From: a virus
Taxonomy: Duplodnaviria > Caudoviricetes
Length of the DNA stretch: 64,000 nt
Virus record (IMG/VR): IMGVR_UViG_3300005544_000020
Coordinates: 160,001-224,000 of that record
Strand: one strand, 5' to 3'
The notes beneath the pieces are model-generated. The model worked only from the letters and a program-made list of their open reading frames with translations, had not been told where the DNA came from and ran no database searches. This document shows, in pieces, positions 1 to 9,049 of the stretch. Within the stretch, counting starts at the first letter, position 1. Each line of letters begins with the position of its first letter. The translations under genes were made by a program, and so were the position numbers.

Positions 1-50
1 TTCGGACAATGGACGGCCGGAATGTCCGCGTAGAATGGATCCATTTCCAT
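1..50 (-). CDS. hypothetical protein, 5' part only (runs off window)
   Basis: ATG at 50 with GGAGG SD at 63-67; open to window edge (MEMDPFYADIPAVHCP...). Confidence 0.4.
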   Translation of the reverse strand, partial: MEMDPFYADIPAVHCP

Positions 51-178
51 GGCAGTTCAAGCCTCCTAGAGGCTTATTGTGGGAAGCTACTGCGTCAAGA
101 AGGGTCTCGCTTGAAGAACTCGTCACAGGCATATGGTTACCGGTTTAAGGGTCATTGTCAAGCGAATTCCACTGCGCT

Positions 179-631
179 TTATTTTATTGCTCCTGCCAGA
201 ATCCTCTTCACCTTAGCCACGTCCGGCTTATGGCTGCCGCGAGGGCCGGCGACGTTCAGCACCTTGATGTTCTGGAGCAGTTCCTTCATAACACGGATGC
301 CGGCTTCTTCATCTTCAAGCAGGCTCACGACGGCGAATGGTTTCTTGGCTTGGCGACACAGATTCACCGTGAGCAGACAGCCTGGCTCATTGTTGAGGAG
401 ACCGTTTGTGAAGACCACCGTTGCGTCGGCTAAAGCGATATTGGCTTCTGTCCTTGGCGGGTACATGTTGGAAGGATGCTCGGTCATTTTGTATTTGGCC
501 GGGATTGGACCAGCTTCCGATTTGCGGCCTCGAGGTACATAGCCTCCGTGCGGAATATTGTTCTCGATCGCAAAGTCAAGTCCGGCCTGGTCGACGCCAG
601 TCTGGCCGCCGGAGATGATCTTCTCGATCAT
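179..631 (-). CDS. circularly permuted YpsA SLOG family protein ('putative molybdenum carrier')
   Basis: KIISGGQTGVDQAGLD...GGYVPRGR...RTEANIALADAT...LNVAGPR motifs. Confidence 0.8.
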   Translation of the reverse strand: MIEKIISGGQTGVDQAGLDFAIENNIPHGGYVPRGRKSEAGPIPAKYKMTEHPSNMYPPRTEANIALADATVVFTNGLLNNEPGCLLTVNLCRQAKKPFAVVSLLEDEEAGIRVMKELLQNIKVLNVAGPRGSHKPDVAKVKRILAGAIK

Positions 632-2082
632 GAAAGCGCTTTCCGCGCTTCGGCCAGGAGCTCGTTGCGAAGAATGATCGTGTCCCCGCTCCAGACCGAT
701 GCTTGGGTAGCATTCTCCGCGGCAATCCAGCGCATATCCAAATCGGTGAGGCTTGGAGTCAGTTCCGCGGCCCGCTGATAGCCTCCCCGGATGAACGTTT
801 CGCTTTCCTGCGCGATGACTCCAGGCGGTTCATCACCAGGAGCACCGATGCGGCGCCAGACGACCGGACGGCCCGGAATGCTGATCTTCCCGTTCTTGGC
901 CTCGTTTCCGAACTTCATGACCGCCTTCGGGCCCGTCTGGGAGAGCTTGTAGACTGCCGCGACCCGGTCTCGATGCAGATTGCCGAAGCCGGGCTTGGCT
1001 ACCAGGGCGCCGCCATATCCGTAGACCTGCTGGCTCGCTAGAATCCCAAGCTGTTTACGAAGAGTCTCGAACCGGATCGTCTGCTCGAGATCGAGCGCAT
1101 CTTCCAGGATATGGACGGGCTCAAGTCCTGCTTCCTTGGCCTTCGAGACTGCATAGAGATACTGGGCTTCCTTGTTTCCAGAGTCATAACGAATCGAATC
1201 GCCACGGCGCGGACTCTCCGCCATCACCTTGAATGCAGCCGGCAGTCCGGACAGGAATGTGTCGTAGGTATCGAGAAGATAGCTAGAACGATAGGGGCGG
1301 CGATCACGCATCGCTCTGAAGGCCGCTTCATCGCTCCCGTAGCGCATGACGTGCTCATGGCCCATCGTCCCGACGGGCTTCATCCTCAGTTCCCGAGCGC
1401 CGTCCACATGGGACGTCCGCTTGATCCCTGCTTCCTTGCAGGATTCAAGCGCCATCCTATGCATGACCCGGCAGCTCGCCGACCGAAGGCCGACCTCGAA
1501 GATACGCTCTGGATCCTCGACGGCCTGAACGAGCGCCTTGGCCGTCTGGAATACCGATCTCCGGTACTCGTCAGGTCTTGCGTCCATGGGAGGAGCCTTG
1601 ATCTTCAAGGTATCGAGCAGTTCTCGTAGCATGAGAAGTTCTTCGGCACAGTTCCGGATTGCCATCTGCTTTCGGAACTCGTCCAGATTGGAGACCGCAA
1701 GGGTCGCTGCCTGGATCAGCCAGTTTAGCTGAAGCAGCTTAGGTTCAAGCCAGGACACCAGAGTTGAAGGCCCGGTGATGGAGAAGACCGGTTCTCCCGG
1801 ATAGAAAATGGAGAACTGCGGAAGAGCATTGATCTTGAGATCGCGATGGTTCCCCAAGGCCGTCTGGGCTCCGATCCCCAGGTTGTATTCGTTCGTCTCG
1901 AGGTAGGCCAGGTCCGAAGGGTTGACGAACGGAAGATTCTTCTTGATGAAAGCTTCCACGTCGATCGGCAGGACCGCCGGGCCTCCTTTTCGATGGGAGT
2001 AATAGAACGTCTCCTCGCGCAGCGGCCAGCCGGCCTCTGCCATCGAGAACTTATACCCGTCGGTCTCGAGCACGCTGCTCAT
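628..2082 (-). CDS. pncB: nicotinate phosphoribosyltransferase family protein
   Basis: TDGYKFSM, FEVGLRS, GTMGHEH, LLDTYD, IRYDSG, VYKL motifs of NAPRTase/NAMPT fold. Confidence 0.75.
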   Translation of the reverse strand: MSSVLETDGYKFSMAEAGWPLREETFYYSHRKGGPAVLPIDVEAFIKKNLPFVNPSDLAYLETNEYNLGIGAQTALGNHRDLKINALPQFSIFYPGEPVFSITGPSTLVSWLEPKLLQLNWLIQAATLAVSNLDEFRKQMAIRNCAEELLMLRELLDTLKIKAPPMDARPDEYRRSVFQTAKALVQAVEDPERIFEVGLRSASCRVMHRMALESCKEAGIKRTSHVDGARELRMKPVGTMGHEHVMRYGSDEAAFRAMRDRRPYRSSYLLDTYDTFLSGLPAAFKVMAESPRRGDSIRYDSGNKEAQYLYAVSKAKEAGLEPVHILEDALDLEQTIRFETLRKQLGILASQQVYGYGGALVAKPGFGNLHRDRVAAVYKLSQTGPKAVMKFGNEAKNGKISIPGRPVVWRRIGAPGDEPPGVIAQESETFIRGGYQRAAELTPSLTDLDMRWIAAENATQASVWSGDTIILRNELLAEARKALS

Positions 2083-2271
2083 TTAAGCCTTCTTCTTGCA
2101 AATGCAGTGAGGACTACATCTCAGAACCGTCTCGATCGACGCACTCGGCTGCTGACAGGATGGAACCGCGCGCCTGGCTCTGCAGCCTTTTACGTGGCAT
2201 TTTTCGTAAGACCGAGACCTGGGAGAATCGGCTACTTCCAGCCAGCGATGCCGATGGACTTTTTTGATCAT
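2083..2271 (-). CDS. small Cys/His-rich hypothetical protein
   Basis: Fills operon, SD upstream, stop abuts next start. Confidence 0.5.
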   Translation of the reverse strand: MIKKVHRHRWLEVADSPRSRSYEKCHVKGCRARRAVPSCQQPSASIETVLRCSPHCICKKKA

Positions 2272-2399
2272 GATCTCCGCTTGCCTCCAAAGATCAGGAT
2301 CAGAAGTGAAAGCCCTAGATGAAGGGCTCCGAAAATGGCAAGAGCTCCCACAATAACTAGGCCCCAGAAAGCAGGTTCATCAACGTTCGGGATCGTCAT
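2268..2399 (-). CDS. 43-aa membrane protein (not in ORF track)
   Basis: MTIPNVDEPAFWGLVIVGALAIFGALHLGLSLLILIFGGKRRS; ATGA overlap with next gene. Confidence 0.5.
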   Translation of the reverse strand: MTIPNVDEPAFWGLVIVGALAIFGALHLGLSLLILIFGGKRRS

Positions 2400-2401
2400 C
2401 T

Positions 2402-2632
2402 TCAGACTTCCTTCATGACGTAGATCCGAAGCGAGGGCTTATCCTCTCCCTTGGCCTTGTGGAAGAGCTTTCCAAACCAGCCGGTCTCGGAAACGACGAT
2501 CGCATAGGTCGCCGCGATCTCCGCGGCTGGCTTCTTGAGCAGGCCTTCCTTCTCCAGGGTAAGAAGAAGCTGGTCCTTGACGGCATTGCTGTTGGCCGTC
2601 AGATCGGCGGCATCCATCGGATAGGTCTTCAT
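2402..2632 (-). CDS. hypothetical protein
   Basis: ATGA overlap with methylase stop. Confidence 0.6.
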   Translation of the reverse strand: MKTYPMDAADLTANSNAVKDQLLLTLEKEGLLKKPAAEIAATYAIVVSETGWFGKLFHKAKGEDKPSLRIYVMKEV

Positions 2633-3477
2633 GAAATTGGCGCAAGCGCCCTCTCCAGTATGCCGGCATCCTTCTCCACGCAGATGGCATTGCGGCCGTT
2701 CCTGATCGCAGCCTTGCCTGTCGAGCAGGATCCCGCGAAGATATCTAATATGAGCTCGCCGGCATTGGTAGCAAAGCGGATCAGCTTTTCCAGTAAGCCT
2801 AGCGGCTTTTCATTCGGATGGACCCGGTGACAGTGATGGGCCTGGCGCTCCACAATAAGATCGGGTATCGACAGATCGCAGGGTTTCCTTCTTGCTCCTT
2901 TTGACATGAAGAGGATTGCTTCATAACGAGCCCGACCGTTGTACCCCATGCCCAGCATCACCCGGTCCCAGATGAAGCGTTTGTTGAATCTGAAACCGCA
3001 ATCCTCAAGCGTCTTGATGAATTTTTCGATATGACCGCGCGTAATCGCCGTCTCTGCGGGGACGAAGAAGAACGCATGAGCCCCATCCTTCAAGATCCGG
3101 TAAAGCTCCAGGCCTAGTTCGCGGTCGATCTCCTTCTTTTCATAGGCCCAGCGCATCCGTGGCCGAGTCGTCGTGTGAAGTTCGACGTGCTCCCTCAACC
3201 ATGGGTAAGGTGGATCCGTGACGAGGGCGTCAATGGACCGGGTCTCAAGGTCCTTCACTGCTTCCAGGGCGTCTTTGGCCACAACCACACAGGTTGCATC
3301 CCCCTGCTTGGCCACATAGATGCCATGGCCAATCCGCGTGAACTCCTTTCCGAGATTCTCGTAGATCCTAGCTCGGATAGAGTGCTGCTTGGCCTGGGGC
3401 ATATGGGCGTAGAGGTCCTGCAGATGGACTTCTTCTCGCCCCTTGAAGAACTCGCGGATCGCCTCGATCAGCGTCAT
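2629..3477 (-). CDS. DNA N4-cytosine/N6-adenine methyltransferase with N-terminal HTH-like segment
   Basis: TDPPY catalytic motif, HPNEKP, LDIFAGSCSTG SAM-binding motif. Confidence 0.85.
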   Translation of the reverse strand: MTLIEAIREFFKGREEVHLQDLYAHMPQAKQHSIRARIYENLGKEFTRIGHGIYVAKQGDATCVVVAKDALEAVKDLETRSIDALVTDPPYPWLREHVELHTTTRPRMRWAYEKKEIDRELGLELYRILKDGAHAFFFVPAETAITRGHIEKFIKTLEDCGFRFNKRFIWDRVMLGMGYNGRARYEAILFMSKGARRKPCDLSIPDLIVERQAHHCHRVHPNEKPLGLLEKLIRFATNAGELILDIFAGSCSTGKAAIRNGRNAICVEKDAGILERALAPIS

Positions 3478-3743
3478 TTCTTTTCGGGTGTGGGAACTCC
3501 CGGCACCGGAAGCCATTCGAACTTGGTATGCCCGAACTCATCGACCACCTTGTAAGTGGCATGACCCGTCTTCACGGCCTCGGCCTGGATCTTTGCGTAG
3601 CCTCGGGAATGGGCGATCACGACCGCCGGGATCGAAATAAGTGCTCCGATGAGGAAAGCTACCAGCAGATACCCCATCCTCTTTTCCTGAGGAGGGATAG
3701 GCGTCGGCATGTCGGGTTCCTCAGGCGGATCGAAGTCGCTCAC
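3474..3743 (-). CDS. single-pass membrane hypothetical protein
   Basis: Hydrophobic helix YLLVAFLIGALISIPAVVI; stop/start overlaps. Confidence 0.6.
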   Translation of the reverse strand: MSDFDPPEEPDMPTPIPPQEKRMGYLLVAFLIGALISIPAVVIAHSRGYAKIQAEAVKTGHATYKVVDEFGHTKFEWLPVPGVPTPEKK

Positions 3744-4042
3744 TGTCTTCCTCCTTGAGCAGGTTTCGGTGTCTCATGGACCTGGGTATGCGCCTTGATG
3801 CTGGCCACGCCGAAGACGCAGCCTACGGCAACGTCCAGCAGTTCTTCAATGATTCTCTGGGGTTCCTTGATCTGGACCGCCTCTTCGACTTCGTTCATTT
3901 CGAGACGCAGGTCGCCCAGGATCTCCTTGGGATTGATAAAGGAATCCCGTCCCTTTTCAAGCAGCCGCCGGCGGAGATTGATCCCGAGCATGGTAAGCGC
4001 GTTCGAGATCTGCTCTTCCGTGACTTCGACGCTCTGCTTCAC
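3740..4042 (-). CDS. MazG-like nucleotide pyrophosphohydrolase
   Basis: EMNEVEEA...EELLDVAV acidic helical motif; GTGA overlap start. Confidence 0.55.
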   Translation of the reverse strand: MKQSVEVTEEQISNALTMLGINLRRRLLEKGRDSFINPKEILGDLRLEMNEVEEAVQIKEPQRIIEELLDVAVGCVFGVASIKAHTQVHETPKPAQGGRQ

Positions 4043-4290
4043 TTGGCCCTCTTGATCAGGGCATCGATGAGCATTTTCAGCTCTCCGACCTTGACGCTGG
4101 CCTCGATCAGATCCGCAAGAAGCTTCCCATCCGGCTTCGCCTTTTGAAGAGGCGGAAGCAGGATAATCTCCGCGGAGCCCTTGCACTTCTGCAAGTGCTT
4201 CGTGAACTCAATCGAGTTCTTGAACTTTGTCCGCGTGCACTTGCGACAGATGTAGCTGTTGGGCATGGGCTTCGAGGCGTGTTTGTTCAT
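4039..4290 (-). CDS. zinc-finger-like hypothetical protein
   Basis: CRKC...HLQKC. Confidence 0.55.
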   Translation of the reverse strand: MNKHASKPMPNSYICRKCTRTKFKNSIEFTKHLQKCKGSAEIILLPPLQKAKPDGKLLADLIEASVKVGELKMLIDALIKRAK

Positions 4291-4297
4291 GGAGTTA

Positions 4298-4326
4298 GTT
4301 ATACCCCGTTTACACCTGAAATTACC
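4298..4326 (-). promoter_or_regulatory. possible promoter (good -10, poor -35) with GTAAAC box; leaderless start at 4290
   Basis: TATAAC at 4303-4298, GTAAAC at 4313-4308. Confidence 0.3.
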
Positions 4327-4328
4327 AG

Positions 4329-4778
4329 CTATTTCTTCTTCTTTTTGCTCTTGTTTTTGGGCTCCGGCGCCGGAAGCGCATGCTGCGGCGTCGTGCGGCC
4401 GGTGGTGGCGAGGCCTCGGACCTGCTTATACTGCGATTCGAAATCGAGGCCCAGGACCGGCACGAAGCCACCGCTTTCCCGCTTTTTCCGGAGCTCCTCA
4501 GCCGCTCCCATCATATCGCCGCTCTTGGCCGATGCCTGCATCTCGAGGTTCTTGATGTGGTTGTCCTTCATCTCGAGCAGTCCGGCTGCAGCCTTAAGAG
4601 GATCGTCCAGGCCGCCCTTCCCCAGAGCGAGAGCGGTCTTCAGCTTCCCGCGGCAGGAATCGCAGGAGAACATCGTCTTCCCGTCTTCCTGGTAGGTCTT
4701 GCCCTTGATCTCGTGGGCCTTTTCCTTCACCTGCACGTCCTCGCAGATGTCGCACTTCATCGCGTACATGACGCCCAT
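4329..4778 (-). CDS. zinc-ribbon hypothetical protein
   Basis: CDIC...CDSC. Confidence 0.6.
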   Translation of the reverse strand: MGVMYAMKCDICEDVQVKEKAHEIKGKTYQEDGKTMFSCDSCRGKLKTALALGKGGLDDPLKAAAGLLEMKDNHIKNLEMQASAKSGDMMGAAEELRKKRESGGFVPVLGLDFESQYKQVRGLATTGRTTPQHALPAPEPKNKSKKKKK

Positions 4779-4780
4779 GC

Positions 4781-5353
4781 CTATCTCCTGCCTCTGATGT
4801 AGATCTTGTGGATGATCGGGTACGGATTAGGCGGCGGAGGAACGACGCGACCTACCTTAGAATCCTTCCCGCGCTGTTCGAACCACTGCTGAAGCTGGGT
4901 CATTCGATCAGGACATCGGCCATCTGGACCCTGAGGTCCATCAGCCCCCTTAATGCCTTCGAACCCCGGCTCACCGTTCTGCCCCTGGATCTCATGGATG
5001 CTCATCGGAAGGATCGGGGGAACAGGCGGCGGAGACGGAGGCGGCTTCTGGGGGAAGACTCCACCGCATTTCTCGTAGATCTCCTCGAATGTCAGGCCCT
5101 TGTCGTGGAGATCGCGCTGGAATTCCGCGTACGAGTAGTTAGGATTCGGCTTCCTGGGAGCGTCCGGGTCATCCAGAGCTCCTTCCAGAAATTCGACATC
5201 CGGATCCTTAGGCTTCGCCGCCTCTTTCTTGGCAAAGAATAACTTCAGGATCTTTGCCGTGGAAAAGATGACGCCCAGGAAGACCATCACGAAGACGGCC
5301 GAAGATCCATAGGCCGTCCATGCATCCTTGACGACTTGCCAGTTCCAGGCCAT
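4781..5353 (-). CDS. membrane-anchored Pro-rich protein with short collagen-like stretch
   Basis: N-terminal TM helix; GQNGEPGFEGIKGADGPQGPDG Gly-X-Y run. Confidence 0.6.
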   Translation of the reverse strand: MAWNWQVVKDAWTAYGSSAVFVMVFLGVIFSTAKILKLFFAKKEAAKPKDPDVEFLEGALDDPDAPRKPNPNYSYAEFQRDLHDKGLTFEEIYEKCGGVFPQKPPPSPPPVPPILPMSIHEIQGQNGEPGFEGIKGADGPQGPDGRCPDRMTQLQQWFEQRGKDSKVGRVVPPPPNPYPIIHKIYIRGRR

Positions 5354-5360
5354 AGAGCAC

Positions 5361-5903
5361 CTACTTTTTCGTGTTAAAAACGTCGACGTCGTCTTCCTTC
5401 CGGGTCTCGAAGGTCTTCTCGGTCTTGGTGCTCGTCACGATCTTGATCTCGACGGGAGGACGTGAACCGACGAAGAAACTCCCGGGCATCGTCGTCAGGA
5501 CGTTGTCGTGCTCCCGCTTCAGATCGATCAGCTTCTGCTGATCACGCATGAAGGCCGTCCGCTGTCCTTCGATGGAGTTGGACACCTTCTCGAAGAGCCG
5601 GATATCGAAGTTCGGGTTGGCCTCCGTGATGAACTTCATGAGCTGGCCACCTTTCCCGTACTCGCGACCCTGCATCAGGGATACGTAGATCTCCTTGAAG
5701 CTGTCCTTGTACTTGTCGGCGACCTGGGCCTGTCCCTGGATGATCTTCCAGCAAGTATCGAAGCTCGTGGTGTTGGCCTCCTGCTGGGCCTTCACCGCAT
5801 TCCGAAGACGCACCTCGGAATTCGAATAGCTCATGTACATCACGAAGACCATGACCACGATTCCGAGCAAACCACCGATTGCCGCGAGTGCCTTCATCGC
5901 CAT
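5361..5903 (-). CDS. LemA-like membrane-anchored coiled-coil protein
   Basis: N-terminal TM then YSNSEVRLRN...IEGQRTAF pattern resembling phage LemA-like proteins. Confidence 0.5.
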   Translation of the reverse strand: MAMKALAAIGGLLGIVVMVFVMYMSYSNSEVRLRNAVKAQQEANTTSFDTCWKIIQGQAQVADKYKDSFKEIYVSLMQGREYGKGGQLMKFITEANPNFDIRLFEKVSNSIEGQRTAFMRDQQKLIDLKREHDNVLTTMPGSFFVGSRPPVEIKIVTSTKTEKTFETRKEDDVDVFNTKK

Positions 5904-7063
5904 CTCCTTCCAAGTTCGAAGCTATGAGATCCTAGAAACGATCCATCATTGTCCACATTGTTGAGGACTGCCCAGGCTCCGATCCCAATGGTTACCAGAA
6001 GCGTCAGGATGAACGTCCAGATGACGGCGGTCATAGGAGGCTCGACAGTGAGGTAGCTGAAGTCTTCGAATTTCTTCCTTACCCATTTCTGTTCGATTTC
6101 AGGCTTCAGCCAATCGGCATAAGCCATAAGGTCGAGCGTTTTCATTTCCATGATCCTATTCCTGGCTTCGATCTTCATCTCCTCGATGTCGGTCCATGAA
6201 AAGACGTGGGCCCATTGAATTGCGAGATCCTTATCAACCCCGATGCAGGTGACGAATTCGTTCTTGTTACCGCGTTTCCAGAAGGCTTCCTGTTCCATCG
6301 CAGCCTGGATCGGTTGATTCTGGAACACCAGGACGAACAGCCGAATCTGCCTCGATGCTCCCATCGTTGCATTCAGGTACTGGAATTTCTTCTCGACCGG
6401 AGCCGTGGTGCCCGGACCTTCGGTGCATCGCTGCGTGTAGCCTGAGATCCCAGGATGTTGATAAAGGCCATAGTCCTTCGGGTTCACTTCCTTGAAATTG
6501 AAGACGCTGTTCGATGCCTGGATTCGATTCTCATAGGTCCGCGCGGCGGTCACGGGCTCGATCGTCGCTTCTTCACCCTTCCAGGTCGCGACGTACTTGT
6601 CGCCGTTCTTCGTGTGATATGACCGATGAAGATTTACAAAGACGCGATTGCCGAACTGTCTGGCGAGATTCTCGAAGCTCTGTTTGGAGATTGTGAAGGT
6701 TTCCTGGATGGAACTGTGAACCATCCATTCCTCAGGATGATAGTCCACGTCATAAGAATGGTAATAGCCATCGTTTGCATGCAACGTATGTCCATCCTTG
6801 TCGCGATGGCTGCAGGAGATCGGATGCCGGCAGGATACCCGTTCATTCCAATCTTCGTAGTACTCTGCAGTCGTAACGTACCCGCCCCAATATTCCGTGG
6901 CGGAAGTCTGCATGTGTTCCACGCAGCTTTTCGCGCCGCCGATCATGAGGATAGGCACAAACATCATGATGGCGGCTTCCCAGAGAGCGACCTTCCGATT
7001 CCAGATCCAGAAGAGGGCTCCGGCGCCGATGAAGGGGATCAGGGCGGCGAACCAGATGATCAC
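5894..7063 (-). CDS. multi-pass membrane protein (N- and C-terminal TM helices)
   Basis: Hydrophobic termini; adjacent to LemA-like gene. Confidence 0.65.
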   Translation of the reverse strand: MIIWFAALIPFIGAGALFWIWNRKVALWEAAIMMFVPILMIGGAKSCVEHMQTSATEYWGGYVTTAEYYEDWNERVSCRHPISCSHRDKDGHTLHANDGYYHSYDVDYHPEEWMVHSSIQETFTISKQSFENLARQFGNRVFVNLHRSYHTKNGDKYVATWKGEEATIEPVTAARTYENRIQASNSVFNFKEVNPKDYGLYQHPGISGYTQRCTEGPGTTAPVEKKFQYLNATMGASRQIRLFVLVFQNQPIQAAMEQEAFWKRGNKNEFVTCIGVDKDLAIQWAHVFSWTDIEEMKIEARNRIMEMKTLDLMAYADWLKPEIEQKWVRKKFEDFSYLTVEPPMTAVIWTFILTLLVTIGIGAWAVLNNVDNDGSFLGSHSFELGRRWR

Positions 7064-7117
7064 GCAGGTCAGACCCTGATCCGGGCCGTTTGTTTCAAGA
7101 GACTCGTCACGCCTGGA

Positions 7118-7146
7118 ATGGTAGTCGGCGTTTACCTATGAGTCAA
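7118..7146 (-). promoter_or_regulatory. sigma70-type promoter
   Basis: TTGACT-N17-TACCAT, GTAAAC in spacer. Confidence 0.55.
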
Positions 7147-7568
7147 TGAGAATCGTGTTCGCGGAAACGGGCGTTCAGTTTGGAGACAAGAGGTTTCACG
7201 TACTGAGGTTCACAGGGGATTCCAGTCTCATTGGCGCGCTTCGCTCTATAGGCCGTAAGGGGAGCCAGGCCGATCCCACTACGGTTGGGATACGATGATG
7301 CAAAGTCGCTCAAGATTTCCTTCTTGGTACTGGCTCCCTTATAGTCAAAGAACGCATCGCCGTCCTTGACCACGACGTGTTCTACCGGAAGCACCGAGGA
7401 GTAGACGGCCCAGAGCTCGGCCGGAGGACCTAAAAACCGCTTCAGTGCCTCCGCCAGGATCCAGCAGCCGCCCGCCCCCCAGTCGCCTTCCGGAAGAATG
7501 GAGAAGACTTCGTCCGTGTTGATGAATTCGCGAAGTTCGAGACCGAACTTACGGATTGCCGGATCCAT
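7143..7568 (-). CDS. hypothetical protein
   Basis: GGCWILAEAL...HVVV motif; operon context. Confidence 0.6.
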   Translation of the reverse strand: MDPAIRKFGLELREFINTDEVFSILPEGDWGAGGCWILAEALKRFLGPPAELWAVYSSVLPVEHVVVKDGDAFFDYKGASTKKEILSDFASSYPNRSGIGLAPLTAYRAKRANETGIPCEPQYVKPLVSKLNARFREHDSH

Positions 7569-7592
7569 CGGAGGAACGTCTTCTCGCCTATT

Positions 7593-7811
7593 TTAGCGGC
7601 GGCGCCCAGCCATAACCACCGGAGGCGTGTAAAAGACAGGCGTTGGATAGATCTGAACGGGATTCAGCACGCAGACTCCGGTGATGTCTCTGCTGTATCC
7701 GGCTGGGCAGGTGTCGTAGGTCGACACGAGAGAAGGCGAAATAGGAATGGCGCCGAGATTGCGGCCGCCGATGGGACCTAGTTTGCCGGACTGTACGAAT
7801 CCATTGCTCAT
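7593..7811 (-). CDS. small Pro/Cys protein
   Basis: CPAGYSRDITGVC loop; SD GGAGG. Confidence 0.55.
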   Translation of the reverse strand: MSNGFVQSGKLGPIGGRNLGAIPISPSLVSTYDTCPAGYSRDITGVCVLNPVQIYPTPVFYTPPVVMAGRRR

Positions 7812-7825
7812 AAATCCTCCGTAAT

Positions 7826-8701
7826 TTATTTCTTACCGAAGGCAAGCCAGAGGCCGGTGCCGAGAAGCGCAATACTTCCGACTCCGATGCCTACCCAAGC
7901 CAGAGGGCTCAGTCCCTTATTCGATGGAAGCTGGACCAGAGAACCCGGTGGAGGCGGCGCCGCGCTGTTCCCCGGATTTTGAGTCAATCCGAAGACCCCC
8001 CGAATTCCTGCGTAGTTTAGCTCGAGGGCCTTCAAAATATCACGGCCGAGAAGAGCGTCAAAGCCTCCAACCGGAAGCGAGACGCCGGCGATCTCGATCG
8101 GATCAACCGCCACATTGTAATCAGGCACGCCGAAGGCTGCCGAGTAGATCGGCCGCGTGCTGACGCCGCCCACTCCGCCGATCGGAACGCTGCCGACTTG
8201 TTGGAGACCGGCAGAAGTCGCCACGGCGTCGCTGACCGTCGAGATCGAGGCTCCTGTGTCGATCATGGCTTTGATCGTCTGAGGAGGTGGCACGGGATTC
8301 CCAGCATCCTGGAGTTGTTTTGCATAGGATGCTGGAACCCCGATCACAACGTTCACGATCGCTCCGTCTCTCCGGAGTTGCTCGACCAGGTCCGTAGGTG
8401 AAGGAGCTCCCTGGCCGAGTCGGCGGCGGGGATGGCCCGACCCCAGAAAGGTGACCGGCAGCCGTCGATACCCCATCATGTAATTCGGGGTCATCGTTTC
8501 GACCTTCTGGGAGGCCGTCGCCTGCTTGAGGACGAACGGCTCGGTGCCGAACATCTGCGTGCCGGTGGTGTATGCCGTGGCGTAATCCGGATAGGCTCCG
8601 ACAACCTTCTGGTTCTTCACGATGACCCATTGATCTGGATACTGCTTCGAGATCATAGGCCGATTCTGTTCGAACCAGGCGATGTCGTCGCTCATTGCCA
8701 C
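7826..8701 (-). CDS. DUF5678-like domain fused to retropepsin-like aspartic protease with C-terminal TM anchor
   Basis: AWFEQNR...YPDQWVIVKNQKVVG; MIDTGAS catalytic motif; ALLGRDIL; C-terminal hydrophobic helix + KK. Confidence 0.75.
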   Translation of the reverse strand: MAMSDDIAWFEQNRPMISKQYPDQWVIVKNQKVVGAYPDYATAYTTGTQMFGTEPFVLKQATASQKVETMTPNYMMGYRRLPVTFLGSGHPRRRLGQGAPSPTDLVEQLRRDGAIVNVVIGVPASYAKQLQDAGNPVPPPQTIKAMIDTGASISTVSDAVATSAGLQQVGSVPIGGVGGVSTRPIYSAAFGVPDYNVAVDPIEIAGVSLPVGGFDALLGRDILKALELNYAGIRGVFGLTQNPGNSAAPPPPGSLVQLPSNKGLSPLAWVGIGVGSIALLGTGLWLAFGKK

Positions 8702-8719
8702 GGTGATGACCTTCTTTTT

Positions 8720-9031
8720 TTAGAAGTACCAGCGGAGGGGCAGCGACCGGGAGACGCTGGGCGCGAGGACTCCGGTCAGGCCCGTAAGCGCCGCGAGACC
8801 GGCGCCGATGCCGCCCGCCCAAGCCGCGGCCGACTTCCAGCCCGTCTGGCGCTGCGCGGTGGCGATCGCCGCCCAGGCTGCGGCTCCCGCGATGGCAGTC
8901 CAGAAGATGCCTTCAGGGAACCCTACACCAGCATCCGGCACACTGACGACCGGAGCGGCGGGGGCGACGGCAGGAACGACGACAGCCTGGGAAAGACGCG
9001 GACGATACACCGGAGGCTGATAGGAGATCAT
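8720..9031 (-). CDS. membrane protein
   Basis: Two Ala/Gly-rich hydrophobic helices. Confidence 0.6.
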   Translation of the reverse strand: MISYQPPVYRPRLSQAVVVPAVAPAAPVVSVPDAGVGFPEGIFWTAIAGAAAWAAIATAQRQTGWKSAAAWAGGIGAGLAALTGLTGVLAPSVSRSLPLRWYF

Positions 9032-9049
9032 AAAACCCTCTTTCAAAAA

